64,000 nt of DNA from Cyanophora paradoxa CCMP329 (lineage: Eukaryota > Plantae > Glaucophyta), in assembly GCA_004431415.1 (NCBI GenBank), contig QPMI01000263.1:1-64000 (forward strand), read 5' to 3'. The position numbers and the translations under genes were made by a program. Of this stretch, positions 21,301 to 34,019 are shown one piece after another (within the stretch, counting starts at the first letter, position 1; each line of letters begins with the position of its first letter). The notes under the pieces are model-generated. The model was not told the origin of the DNA. It saw only the letters and a program-made list of their open reading frames with translations, and searched no databases.

Positions 21301-24300
21301 CACTGACGTCGGCGGAGTAGTAGCCGCTGGGGTCGGTGTAGACGCCGACCCAGCCCTCGACGACGAGATGGTAGGTGACGCCCGGCCGCAGCGCCGCCGT
21401 CAGCAGCGAGCCCCGCGAGAGCCCGCAGCCGTCGTCTGCGAGGCCGGGGGGGGTTAGGTAGGGCGAGGCCGGGGCGGAGGGGGCGGGAGGGGCGGGAGGG
21501 GCGCGCCGTTGGAGGCGACGGGCACGGCGGTCGCGTCCTCGAAGGGAGAGCTCTGCCGGCCGCCGTGAGGCGCGAGCGTAACGGGATGGGGCCGGCGGGG
21601 GGTACACGCGCGCCTCGTAGAGAGCGAGGACGGTGTCGAAGTCGGTGGCGCCGGCGCACGTGTCGAAGGTCACTTCCCTGCGGGGCCCGCGCGTGAGCCG
21701 GGGCGGGGCGGGGCCGGGCTGAAAAAGACAGAAAGCTGCGGAGGGCCGCACTGGGGCGAGTCCACTCGGATGGTGTAGAGGAGCTGCGGGGGCGTGAGTG
21801 GGGCGAAGGAAGGGGCGGGAGCCGTGGGTCTACTTGCCTCGGGGGAGGCGAAGGTGCCCGGAACGAGGTTGTGGCCGCGCTGCCGGCGCGGCGGGGCCGC
21901 GTTGAGCCCGGGTCGGGCCGGGGGTGGGTCGGGCGGCGGGGTGAAAGGGGCACCGAGGTGTCGCCGAGGACGGGGCTCGCGGCGGGGGCGGAGGCGCAGG
22001 GGACGAGGGCCGGCGGCGGGCCCCGCAGAAGGCCGGCGGAGGCCGGCCCCTCGGCGACGGTGAGGGCGTACGAGCCGCTGGAGCCGAAGAAACCCGAGAC
22101 CACAAGGTAGTACGTCTGGCGGGCGGGCGGGCGGGCGGGCCGTGGGTTAGGGCGGAGGGGGGCGGAGCGGGGCGGGGCGGGGCGGAGAGGGCGCACGCGG
22201 CCGGGGAGGAGGGTGACGGCCGAGAGGAGCGGGGGCCCGCCCACGGTGCCGCTGCCGGCCGCGGCGTCAGCGAGGGCGCCACGCGACAGAGAGCTCAGAC
22301 GCGGGCGCGCCAGCCGTCGTCGTCGAAGGCGAGCGGGGCGGGGTCGGCGAAGTTGTAGTCCTTGTCGTGGCCGCCCGCGCTCGCGGCCGGCGGGCACCGG
22401 TCGTACAGCGCGAGCGTCGCGTCGTAGCGCGTGCCGGGGCCGCAGGCGGCGAACGAGACGAGGCGCGGGGCGGGGACGGAGAGCGCGAAGGCGGTCACGT
22501 TGGGCGTGGAGAGGAACGTTCCCCCCGACGTGCTCCCGTTCAGCCGTAGCGGGAGCGACGCGAGGCTCAGCCGCGCCGCCGCCCCGCAGCCTGCGCGCGC
22601 GCGCGCGCCGGGCTCGCCTGTAAGCGGAGGCCGCGGCGAGGCGCGGCGCGGGCCCCGGGCGGGATGCACCGGCGGCGTCGACGGAGACGGGGGCCGAGTC
22701 GCGGGACACGCCGCCGCCCTCCACCCGAACCTGTCCCCGGGCCGGGCGGGCTGAGCGGAGGGTGGAAGGGCGGGGTAGACGAGGAGGCGCGCACGACGTG
22801 GCTGCCCTGGACGGCGGGCACGTCGAAGGCGAGGGAGCCCGTGTTGGGGGCGCTCGCCGCCAGCGACACCGCCGCCCGCCCGCCGCCGGCCGCAGGCTCA
22901 CGCTCACCGCCGCCCCGCCCCCGGCGCTCTCCCACGCGACCGACGCCGGCGCGCCCGCCGCCCACATCGCCCCCGGCAGCGGCGCCCAGACGGACAGCGT
23001 GCCTACGGGGGCGTCAGGCAGGGAGCAGACAGGCGGCCGCGTGGTTCGGGGGCGCACGGCTCTCGTCGCAGGCGGGGCCTCTCCAGCCCGCGCTGCAGAC
23101 GCAGCTGCCCCACGCGTTGCAGGCGCCGTTCACGCACTGCCCGCAGCCGCCGTACGCGCAGCCGCCCTCTGCAGCGCATCTCGAAATCGGAGGGGCGGGT
23201 GGGTGGGGGGCGCACGGGGTGCGGATGCGTTGAAGCGGGAGTAGAGGAGGGCGGCCGGCGTGCCGGGCCCGCCGAAGAGGTCCGGCAGGACGACGCCGTC
23301 CGTGGCGGCGGCGAGGAGGGCCCGCTTCGTCTGCGCCCAGTCGGCCCCGGGGTTGGTCTCCAGGTACAGCGCTGGGGGGCGGCGGGTGAGAAGACGCGAT
23401 GGGACGCAAGACACAAGGGGCCTGGGGGCGCGCCGGCGACGGCGGAGACGAGCGGGGTGGCCATGGAGGTGCCGGAGAGCAGCGCCGTGCTCGTGTTCGA
23501 GGGCGCGCCCGCGTCGAAGTACGTCGAGCGGACTGCCGCGGTGCGCGCCCTGTCAGAAGCGCCGCGTCGAGCGCGAGCGAGCGCGCGGGCGGCGCGCGCG
23601 CGCACTGTCGCTGCCCGGCGCGAAGATCGAGACGCAGGGGCCCCAGTTGGAGTAGTCCGCTGCCGGCCGCCCGCCCACCCGGCGTGGCGTCAGCGCCAAG
23701 CGGCGGGGCCGGGCCGGGCGGGGCGGGGCGCACCGCGGGCGTCGCCGGGGCCGGTGGCCCCCACGGCGATGGCCGTCGGCGCCGACGCCGGCGAGGAGAG
23801 GCACTGCGGGGCGCAGCGTGGGCCCCCGCCCCTGCCTCCGCCCCTCGAGGCGCGCGCACGGCGTCGGTGTACTCGTTGCCGGCCGCCACGACGACCACGA
23901 TCCCCGCCTCCGTCGCCCTGCCCGCCCGCCCGCTCGTCGGCGCCGCCGCAGGCGCGGGCACGGACGGCGGGGAGGGCCCCCGTCCAGGGAGGGGAGGGGG
24001 CGCACGCTTGGACGGCGAGGTTCGTCGGCTCGTCGTACTCGCCCCCGAGGCTCTGCAAGCGCGCGCGCGGGCGCCGCCGGGCGTCGGGAGGGCGCCCCCC
24101 GCCGGGCGCCCCAAGGCGGGGCGGGGCGGACCATGGACATGATCGCGGGCTTGGCGTGGTTCGCCACGACGTAGTCGATGCCCCCGAAGAAGCCCTCCTG
24201 TACCCCCATCGGTGGAGGCAGAGGAGGAGGAGGCGGGGGCGAAGGCGGCAACGCGCACGTTGGAGCCGTAGCCGTTGCAGTCGAGCACGCGGACCGAGTA

Positions 24301-25310
24301 GACCCGCGCCCGCTTCGCCGCCCCGTAGGCCGCGCTCACGATGATCCCCGCCCTGCCGGGCCCGGCCCCCGCGTCAGACACAGAGCGCGCGCCTCGCAAG
24401 AGCGCTTTGGGCGCCGCCGCTCACACGTGCGTCCTGCGGGCGCGCGTGGATCAGGGTCGCGGAGCGGGGGCGGGGCCGGGGAGATCTGGAGCGCACCCGT
24501 GGCCGTCGCAGTCGCCGGCGTAGCCGCCGGTGTGCGGCGTGGATTCGAAATCCCAGAAGCGCTCGACTTTCCCCTGCAGCTCGACGTGGTCCGCGTTGAT
24601 GCCCGTGTCTGCGGCGGCGACGCGGCGGGCGCTCAGGCGGCGAGAGCGCGGCGGCGGCGGGCGCGGGAGGCGCGCGCCGACGACGTAGACGTGGACGCCG
24701 CAGCCGGTCTGGTTGTAGTAGTAGACCCCGTCCGGGTCGTTGAAGCGCTGGTCCACGCGGTCCAGGCCCCAGGGCGGGCTCGACTGCGCGCCGAGCTTGC
24801 GGATTCTCTTCACCTTCTCCACGGAGAGAACCTGCGAGACAAGTTTGCTTCGCGGCGCCCCTAGTCCGGGGGCGGCCACCGCACCCGCGGGTCGCGCCGC
24901 AGCTCCTGCACGACGGGTTCGGAAAGGTCCGCCGCGAAGCCGTCGCGCCCCGGGCCGAACGCGTGCCCGAAGAAGCTTGAAACGCTCGCCGTGAGGATGG
25001 TGCGCCCTCCGGCAGCGGCAGAAAGGCGGCCCGCAGCTTTGACCCGGGCAGCTTTCACCGCTTGCTGCACGCCCGCCTCCCCCAGCTTCGCCTTGAGAAC
25101 CTGAGCAGCGCCGCGCCTCATCAACGAGACGCATTTGATTAGAACAACGCACATAGCGCATACCACGACGTAGCGCGTCGCATCTGGGGCAGAAGCAGCA
25201 CTGGCCTTGGCGCTGGCGCTGGCACTGGGCCTGGCGGCTTTGCCTTCCGCTATCCGTAGCGCAGCTAGCCCCAGAATCAGCGCCAGGAGAACCGGCGCTA
25301 GTCTTCTCAT
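18321..25310 (-). CDS. Type I membrane subtilisin-like serine protease (S8A, proteinase K/aqualysin-type) with prodomain, EGF-like motif, beta-rich PPC-like repeats, SP-rich stalk and TM helix
   Basis: Signal peptide MRRLAPVLLALILGLAAL; PWGLDRVDQR; triad motifs VYVV|DTG, DGHG|THV|AG and SGTSMATP; oxyanion motif VAAGN; EGF-like CVNGACNAWGSCVCSAGWRGPACD; two DTC/ACG..D(T/A)xLALY..DDGC..TY(Y/H)LVVxG repeats; TM AVAGAVA|GSAGGAAVLGIGGAVLV followed by a poly-Arg run; stop at 18321. Confidence 0.88.
19790..20200 (-). repeat. Coding minisatellite, ~36-nt units encoding TPSPSPSPSP(S/T)R (extensin/mucin-like stalk)
   Basis: About 10 imperfect tandem units, visible in ORF 19106..20359. Confidence 0.9.
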
Positions 25311-25668
25311 CGCGGTTCAGACCGACCACGCATGTGCGACGTTCGGCTGGATGAGGGGCGGGGGCTAGCGCTATGCGCCGCACTGGCGCATGACAGATCC
25401 CGCTCCGGGACGCACTGAAACCGCCGGGGCTGGCGGGGGAGGTTCGGCGGTTTGAGGGGGCGGTCTTCGGCCAGGGTACAGCCAATTACCAGTCGCTGCG
25501 CTTCTCGTCCCGACAGCAGGTCCGTACTAGCAGAGCAGTCGCTTCGGGCGCTCTGTCCGCATTCTTCTTGTTCCGCCAGCACCGCTGATTCGCCCGCCGA
25601 CCGCAGGCGTTCTCCAGAGCCATTCGCTGAGCGGACAGCAGGCCGGCAGCAGGCATAAGCACAGGAAC

Positions 25669-26889
25669 ATGGCGGGACACATTGCGCCCCCGATGGATTG
25701 GCAGGCGGAGCACAGCATGGGGGTGCGTACGACCTGCCATTCGCGCTGGCCGGGGGCGCATTCGAGCTATCACGCATTCGCTCGACGGTCGCTTGATTAC
25801 GAGGGCCCCGCGCCTCGGAGCCGCCCCTGAACCACCTCGCCGCCCGGATGACAAGCGCTCATCGACGTGCGCAGACGTCGATTATGGCGGTGCAGTTCAA
25901 CGGTGGCGTCGTGCTGGGCGCGGACTCGCGGACGACTACAGGTACGCCCACGCCTGGCCGCGCCCGCGGTTGCCCTGCTTGACGGGTCATCGCCGCGCCC
26001 TAGGATCGTACATCGCCAACCGCGTGTCGGACAAGATCACACCCGTGTCGGAGCACATATACTGCTGCCGCTCCGGCTCGGCCGCCGACACGCAGGCCAT
26101 CTCCGACTACGTGAAGTACTACACTGCCCTCCACAGGTTCGTGCGGCAGGGAATCCTCTGGCGCGCCGCCCCTCACCCGCTTTGCAGTGCCGAGACCGAC
26201 ACGAAGCCCGAGGTGCGGACCGCCGCGGCCATCTTCCAGGCGCTCTGCTATCATAACAAGGTCCGCCCGCCGCTCCTCGTGGTCGGCCGCGGCACCGACG
26301 CAAAGCGCAGGACAACCTGTCCGCCGGCATCATCGTCGCGGGCTGGGACAAGCGGAACGGCGGCAGCGTGTGGTCCATCCCGATCGGTGGCGCCCTCGTG
26401 CGGCAGCCCTTCACCATCGGCGGTGCGGCCGGCGGGCCCCCTGTTCCCTTCCTTCCCGCTGAACCTCTCCGCAGGCTCTGGCTCGACTTACATCTACGGC
26501 TACTGCGACGCGACGTACAAGGAGAACATGACGAAGGAGGAGTGCGAGACCTTCGTCACGAACGGTGCGCCGCCAGCCTCCGACGCCGCCGCCGCGCCGC
26601 GCGCCCCGCCGACGGCGAGCAGCGCTCTCGCTTGCGATGTCGCGGGACGGCTCTTCGGGCGGCGTGATCCGGTTAGTCACCATCGACGAGAGCGGCGCCT
26701 CCCGCCGCATGGTCCCCGGCAACCGGGTCCGCTCCCCGCTTCCTTTTCCGCCACCCGCACGCTGACCCTGCTTCTCTCCTTTCTTCTTTCCTTCTTTTCC
26801 CTTCGCAGCTCCCGGCCTTCTACGGTGCGGGGCCCTGCTTTTCGCCCCCCAGCGCCCCTCGGTCTGACGCTCCCGCAGAGCCCTACTAA
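25669..26889 (+). CDS. PSMB6: 20S proteasome subunit beta-1 (caspase-like, PSMB6/PRE3/PBA1), 9 exons
   Basis: Spliced product MAGHIAPPMDWQAEHSMG|TSIMAVQFNGGVVLGADSRTTT|GSYIANRVSDKITPVSEHIYCCRSGSAADTQAISD...GGSGSTYIYGYCD...LAMSRDGSSGGVIRLVTID...LPAFY|EPY*; all introns GT-AG. Confidence 0.96.
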
Positions 26890-27297
26890 TCCCGGCGGCC
26901 GCCGCGTCCGCCGGTCCCTTCCTCTGTCCCCTCTCTCTCCTCCCTCCTTTCCTCGACGTCCAACCCCACCCGCGCACGTCCTCTCGGCCTGTGTATAACG
27001 ATTTCAGGGCCGCATGCACACGTCCGCGCAAGCGTGCTGCAGCTTTCTCATGCAACTGGCCCTCGATACCCCACAATGCACTCATCAATGTTCACCACAC
27101 TAGAACTGCCATAAGCTCGCATGAACTACCATAACCTAGGATCAGAACCGTACAGAAATAAACCAAATTCAACTAGAGGCGGAGGCGCACTATAGCTAAG
27201 CCTCCATCGCCCGCGGCTGCCTGCGCAAGGCGGAGAATGCGGACTGCACGCAACTAGCGAGAGCTTAATCGCGAGGGGCCTCGGGCAGCCTATATAG

Positions 27298-29935
27298 CTA
27301 GGGTAGGGCGACGGTGTGGGAGTCGGCGGAGTGGTCGAGGGCCCAGCGGCCGGTGAGCTTGGCGATCTGCCTGCGGGCGAGGGCGCGCTGGCGGGCCGCC
27401 TCGGCCAGCAAACGCTCCTGCTCCCGCTGCCGCGCCGCCTCCAGCACCCGCGCCGTCGCCGGCAGCCGCACCCCGACCCCCGAGGGCGAGCCCCGCCCCG
27501 CCGCCGCCGCCCCGCCCGCCGCCTCGGGCGACCTGGCCGAGCCGCCGGGCACCAGGCGGGCCCCGGGCCGCGTGGCCGCCCCGGAGGGCGGGCGCGCCCC
27601 CGGCGGCACCGGCGAGAGCCGCGGTGTGCCCAGGGGCGAGGCGGGGGAGGAGGAGGGGCTCGACGAGCCGGCGGGCGCGCCGGCGGGGCGGCGGTCGGGG
27701 GCCCGAGCGACGCGAAGCCTGCGGACTCGTACTCGTGCGCCGCGGCGACGGGGCGCGTTGAGGCGCCCGCCGCCGTGCCGGGCCGGGACGCCGCGCGGGG
27801 CGTGGAGGCTGCGCGGGACGCGGGGCCCGGGGGCGAGGCGCGGGGCGAGGGCCGGTCGCGCCACGAGGAGCGGCGCGGGGGCGTCGCTGCGTCGCGGACC
27901 GCCTGCGAGGCGATGGCCTCGTCGATTAGGCGCTGGACGATGCCGCTGCGGGGGCGCAGGCCGGGCGAGGCGGGGCGCGAGGAGGGCAGGGAGCCCGGCG
28001 GGGTTCCACCGGAGGCCGAGGGTGACGCCGAGCGCGAGGGGCCGCGCAGGCCGGGGGGCCCCAGGAACCGCCGCGAGGAGCGCGGGCGGGCGGGAATCTC
28101 GGGCCCCAGCGAGGAGGAGAGCCCGCTCCCGAGCCCGCCACCTTCCTCGGGGCGGGCCCCGGGGGGCGACGCGGAGGCGATAGAGGGCCGTTGGCGGTAG
28201 CTCGAGGCCGGCCGCGGCGCGCTACCCCTCCGGCTCAGCAGGATGCGCGCCTGCACGGCGGGCGGGCGGGCGCGCGCGCGGGTGAGAGGCGCGGGAGGGG
28301 GGGGGGGGAAGCCGGGGGCGGGGTACGGGCGGGCCTGGTCGCGAACGTCGAGGTCCTCGAACTCCGACTCGCCCTCGTCGAAGCTCTCCTCGCCCGCCGA
28401 GGAGGCCGCCCCGCCCCCGTCCGGCCCCGCCCGCCGCGCCCGCAGGATCTCCGCAAGCTGCCGCGGCCCCTTGTTCGGGATCCGCCCCTCCGCTGCCCGC
28501 CCCGAAGCGGTCAGCAGGGCCCACGCGGGAGGGGAAAGGGGCGGGCGGGGGCGGCGGCGCACGTCGCTTGACGCGGAGGGAGAGGGTGTAGGAGCACTTG
28601 AAGGGGGAGGAGGCGGCGGGGGTGGCGCCGAGGTAGACGCGCCCCGTGTCCCCGGCCACCTCCAGCGGCAGCTGCGGGGGAAGCGAGGGCCGGCGCCTCA
28701 GGGGGCGCGCGCAGGGCGGGAGGCGGGCCGGAGGGCTCGGACCACGACGCGGCCGCCGAAGTAGACCGTCGTCGTGAAGTCGTTGTGCGCTGCCGGCCGG
28801 GACGGGGGGTACGACGGTGAGGCGGGGTCAGGGCTGGGGGGGGGGGGGGGAAAGAGACGCGGACCGTCGTCGGGGTAGGGGTGGGACTTGGACATGGTGA
28901 CGCAGAGGGGCCCGGGCCCCTCGCACTCGGCCTTGAGCAGCACGACCCGCTTCGAGAAGGGGTCCACCTGCGCCCCGCGCCCGCCCGCCCGCCCGGTCGC
29001 TTGCGTTGGGGGCGGGGCCGGGGCCGGGGCGGGGCCTCGCTCGCTCGCACGCACCGGGGGCAGCTCGGCGAGGAAGAACTGCGAGGTCCGGGGCGCCACC
29101 GTCCCCGCGATGCTGCCCCTGCCCCCGCGGCGTCGGCCGGGCGGGGCTGGGCGGTGCGGGGGGCGGGGGGCGCACGAGGTGACGTTGAGGCGGGAGATCG
29201 GCTCGCTGACGGCGCGCAGCCCGAAGCGGCTCCCGCGCACCAGCGAGTAGACGCCTGCGCGGACGGGGCCGGGAGCACCTCAGCGGGCGGGCCCCGCGGC
29301 GGGGCGGGGCGGGGCGGGCCGATGTAGAGTGGGGTCGTGACGGTGGCGAGGTGCGAGTCGGAGGCGACGACGATCTCCGAGGGCGGGTCCGAGGTGCCAA
29401 CGTCCCGCATCCGCCACGTGTGGTTCTCCGCGCTCGGCCGCTCGTTCAGGAAGCTGCAGAAGCTGCGGCGGCGGGCCCGGGCGCCCGGCGCTCAGCTAAC
29501 GCGGGCGCAGGGCGGGGAGGGACGGCGCTCGGGGGCGGGGCGCACGCGGCGACGCGGCCGTAGGTGCAGTCGAGGCGGACGGCGACGGGCTGCGAGCCGA
29601 AGACGGAGATGACGAAGACGCGGCCCTTCTCCCCGCAGGTCTTCCACACGACCCTGTCGCTATCCAGCTCCACGATCTTGTGCGGGTCCACGCCCACCTC
29701 GGCGCCCGCCGGCGAGCCCGTCGCCGAGCCGTACTCCGGTGGCCCGTGCCGCGAGCCGCCGGCCTCGGAGGCCCCATGCAGCGAGCCGCCGGCCCCGGCC
29801 CGCTCGTCGCGGAGCGCGGAGCCAGTGCTCTCCCGGTCCGAGTCGGCCGCTGAGGGATCTGCCCGCCCGCCGCCCGTGAGCCGCGGCGAGCGACGCAGCT
29901 TCCGGGCGCGCGCGCGCTCGCTCACCGTCGGCCAT
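27298..29935 (-). CDS. Hypothetical protein: beta-rich N-terminal domains, Ser/Pro/Arg-rich disordered region, short C-terminal coiled coil
   Basis: gccATGg at 29935; coherent exon chain (DPHKIVELDSDRVVWKTCGEKGRVFVISVFG..., GTVAPRTSQFFLAELPP, VDPFSKRVVLLKAEC...); ends ALDHSADSHTVALP*. No family recognised. Confidence 0.65.
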
Positions 29936-30780
29936 GGCGCCCTGGTCAGGCGGACGCTATCGCGGATTCAACCCGCGCGCAAACCGCCTCCGCCGCATGC
30001 GGCCAACCGTCGAGCGAGCGGGCGCGCGCGGGCCCTGCCTCATTCATGATCAGGCGGCGTGCGGCGGCGGCGAGGCACCGGCGCAAGCTTGGTCACCGTA
30101 GGAAAGACCCCGTGAGCTGCCAAGCAGTGAAGCTAGCTGCAAGAAGTCGGAACTCAGACACGCGGCTACGGGTAACTTCCGCAATGGCTAGCTGGCGGCA
30201 CCTCGGGCCTGGCGCTGCTCAAATGTGCATGCGCAACCGCACGAGCGACGCCCCAAGGCTCTCAGCCGCAGCGAACTCGCCGCACGGAGCAGCGGTCGGA
30301 GCTCGAGCCGGGGGTACGCGTGCGAAGAAAGTCTGAATTCAGCGCTAGCGCTCCATCGACATACAACGATCGCGATCGCGAGTCGATAAGACAGACTTCT
30401 ATCCATAGCCATGCCATACGCACGCGCACGTGCACTGCTCCCGTTTGCACGCGCAAGCCTCGCGCGCAGGATCGATACCGGATCCCGGAGCGCTCGCGCG
30501 CGCGCGCGGCGCGCGCGGTGCGCCGGGTGCGCTGCCTCAAGCCGGCGACTGCAATTGCAAGGTTCGGCTGCAGCTGCAACCCGGCGGTTCGGTACCGGTG
30601 TTGGATTAAAGAACAGCGTCTCTTAGGAGAGCTCGAGGACGTCGCCCGCGCGCGGGAGCTCGTGGCTGATACAGAGTGGGGCGAAGAGTGCCTGGGCGCG
30701 GGCGGCTGCGGCTGCGGCTGCGGCCGGGCGCGGGTGATCATGAAGCCGAGTGGGACCGGGCCGGGGCGCCTGAGGCGCCT

Positions 30781-33700
30781 TCAGTTTCCGGGGCGCTGCT
30801 GGCCGGCTCCCGCCTCCCGTCCCTCAGCGAGCCGCGCCCGATCGCGAGCGTCGCCCCGCAGCCGCCGGCGCCGCGCCCCGAAGGTCGGGGCGGTGTGCGA
30901 GCGCCCCGCGAGGCCTGCGGCGGACCGGGGGGCCGTCCCCAGTTAGAATCGAGGGGCGCGCGCGGGCGGGGGTAGGGCAGGGGCGGGGCGGGCCGGTGGT
31001 CTTCGAGCCGGCGTGCTGGACGAGGGAGCGCGAGGTGGCGAAGAGCGGCGTCGCCGTCCGCGAGTGGAACCACTCCACGATCACGTCGTACGGGTCTGCG
31101 GGGGGTACAGGTTCGGAGGGGGGGGGGAGGTGGGCAGAGGGCCCCCGCACCCCAGTGCTCCTCAGGGCTCTTGAAGACCTGCCGCGGGGGAGGAGAGAGA
31201 TTCAGATGGGGGAGCGGCGGCGCCGGGGAGGGCCGCCCGCACCTCGAGCATGTAGTCCGCCAGGGGCCGCACCACGGAAGCGGGGTAGAACATTCCCTGC
31301 GGGGGTACCGCGTTCGGGAAGCAGATGGGGGAGAGGGGGTACAGGGCGCGGGCGGCCCCGGCGCGCCTGGGTGCACTCGAAGGGGTCCTTGGCGTAGGGG
31401 GCGAAGGGCGCGGCGGCCTCCCAGCGGCCCGTGCTCTCCTCGAAGCGCGCTGAGTGCCGCCGCGATCGCCTGGAGGGAAGAAAGGGGCCCGGGCGGGCTC
31501 GAACCCGGGACGCCGAGGTCGAAGTCGTAGTAGGCGGAGAGGATGTACTTCGCGTGGCCGGCCCTGCGCGGCCCGCCGGGTCGGGACGGGCGGGAGGGGA
31601 GAGGGCGCGGCGCGGGGCGGGGCGGGCCGCTCGATGGCGTCCACGGCGGCCTGGAGGCGGTCGAAGAAGCCCTCCGCGAAGACCACTGCCGGCCCGCCCG
31701 GTGCAGTGAGGCGCGCAGAGGCTGAAGGTAGAAGACAAGAGGTGTCCTACCGTCGTCCTCGAGGACGAGGAGGCCCCGGGCCGGCGCCTCCACGACCGTA
31801 AGGCACCTGCACGCACCCCGCCCGGACCGCCTCGGCGAGGGCCAAGGGCCGAGCGGGGCGGGGCGGGGGCGGGGGCGGGCCGGCGGTAGTTGTAGGTGGC
31901 GCGCTTGCGGAGGCCCCGGTGGGCGATGGAGCGCGCTTCTTCCTCCCCCATCGCGTGCACCTGCCCCCGCCCCCCTCGAGCTCGCCGGCGGGCAAGGGCC
32001 GGAGCGGGCGCGGGCGCGGGGCGGGCCTTGACGCGGGGGTGGTGGGCGTAGGGTTTGAGGTACTCGGCGTCGGTACCCCCCACGACCAGGTGCAGCGCGT
32101 ACTCCCCGCTCTGAGGGGGGGTAAGAACAAACTCGCGGGCCGGTCGGGGGTTGCCGGTAGAGCGCACGCGGGGGTCGGAGAGGAGGAGGCTTGCGAGGGT
32201 CTGGTGGATGTAGGCAGGGTCTGCGCGCGGGGCCCCAGGGTCAGCTGGGCTTTGGGGTCGGCAGGGCACGCCTCGCGCGCCTCGGTTCACGGTCATGATC
32301 ACGATGTCAATGGGGAAGCGCGGGGGGCGGGGCGGCGGGCTCGCGGGGGGCGCCCACCCGGGCAGGCGGGGAATCTGGGGCGGCACTTTTGATCTTAGGG
32401 CAAACAAGGACCGTGCGGGGGCCGGGGCGGGCCTGGGCGGGGCCGGCGAAGGGCGAGACGGCCACCTCCGTCGCCTCCTCAGGCACCACCACCCGCCGCT
32501 CCTGCCCCTCCCACCTGGCCCGGGGACACACGTGAGCGGGCGAGGGGCGGGTCGGCAGGGGGGGTATTTGGACCGGTAGGTGACGGCGAGGGCCTTGGGG
32601 CGGCCGGGGGCCGGGTCGCCCCAGAGGCGCCCCATCCAGCCGGCCCGCGAGGAGCGCAGGAAGAGGCCCGAGGGACCCGCCACGCCCTGCGGGACGCGCT
32701 CACGCCGGGCGGGCGGACCGGCGCGCGGGCGGGGGCGGGCGGGCGGGGGGACTCGCCTGGAGGAAGGGTCGCACGTCGGTCCCCCGCGGCTCGTCGGCCG
32801 GGGCGCCGAACTGCGCCGCGACGATCTCCAGCGGCGCCGCGGCCGCTGCGGGCGGCGTCGACGGCGTACGCGGCGAGGCGCTCTGGGCAGCGGAGCCCAC
32901 CGGCGGGGCGGAGGAGGAGGAGGGCGCCGGGGCACCAGGCGACGGCCGCCCCGCGCAGCCGGCGAGAGGCATCGGGGTCCTCGAGCCACCCCTCGGGCAG
33001 CGCCGGCCTCCCCGCAGCTGCGCTCGACCCTCTCATCCGCGGGTGCGTCGGGAGGGAGCGGCGGCCGCGCACGGGCGGCGGCGAGGCAGGCGACGGCGGC
33101 GCGGGCGGCGCGCGCGTCCAGGACGGGACGCAGGGCGGCCAGCTGCGCGGCCTCCAGCGGGAGCGAGAGCAGCAGCAGGTCGAACTTCGCGCCCACGTCC
33201 GCTGGGAGCGCGCCTCCCTCCGCCCCGTACAGAGCGAGGACGCCTGCGCGGAGCCGCTCGTGGGCCCGTGCGCGCATTCAAGAACTCAGACGAGGGTCGG
33301 CCGGCACCGGTGCTCGCGTCGACGTCGGAGGGATCGCACGCCGCGAGCGTCAGCGACCCGCCATGCGAGAGCCGGCCGGCTGCGAGCGCTTCGGGGACCT
33401 ACGAGGCAGCGTTGCATCAGGGGCTGCCATGAATTCGAATAGGAAATTGAAGACCAAGGACACGACGCGCCTGCGAGTAGAGAGAGCATGTAACCTCGAA
33501 CGCGGAGCGTATGGGTGTCGAGTTCGCGCCCAGCTGTAGCTGCTGCACGAGCTCGCCCAGGAACGGGGCCGACGCGCGCTCGAAGAAACTGAAGTGCGTC
33601 GCGTTCCAGCCGCCGCTGTAAGCAAGGCCGCTGCGAAGCCTGAGGTACGAGCTCGACGACGATGTCCAGCTGACCGCCGAGAAGAGGATCAGGAGCGTGA

Positions 33701-33860
33701 CGGTCGCGGCGAGGAAGCGAATCCGGCTGCGCGGCCTGCGGCGCGCGGGAAGGGCTGTTTAAACGCAAGCGAGCGTTCTGAGCGCGAGTTGCAGCTCGCT
33801 CGCGATGCACTTGGCGGCAGGAGGGAGCGATCCCGGCGCAAGAGGCGCTCCGGGAATCAT
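30781..33860 (-). CDS. Type II membrane GT-A glycosyltransferase, MGAT4/GT54-like
   Basis: N-terminal TM RIRFLAATVTLLILFSAVSW; motifs IDIVIMTVNR..YIHQTLASLL, LLVLEDD|VVF, ECTQ|GMFYP and SLVQHAGSKTT|G; TGA at 30781-30783. Confidence 0.7.
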
Positions 33861-34019
33861 GGCAGGCGAAGCGCACGAGGCGCCGGCGCCTCGTTCGTCG
33901 CAGCTTGCAATGTTTGCCTTGTCGGCGCCCTCGCAGACGACGTACGCAGGCTTCTGTTCAGACTGTCTCGGTCGCGGGGTACGCGCGCGTCGAATTTGAC
34001 CTTGCGTCCGGTCCGGCTC

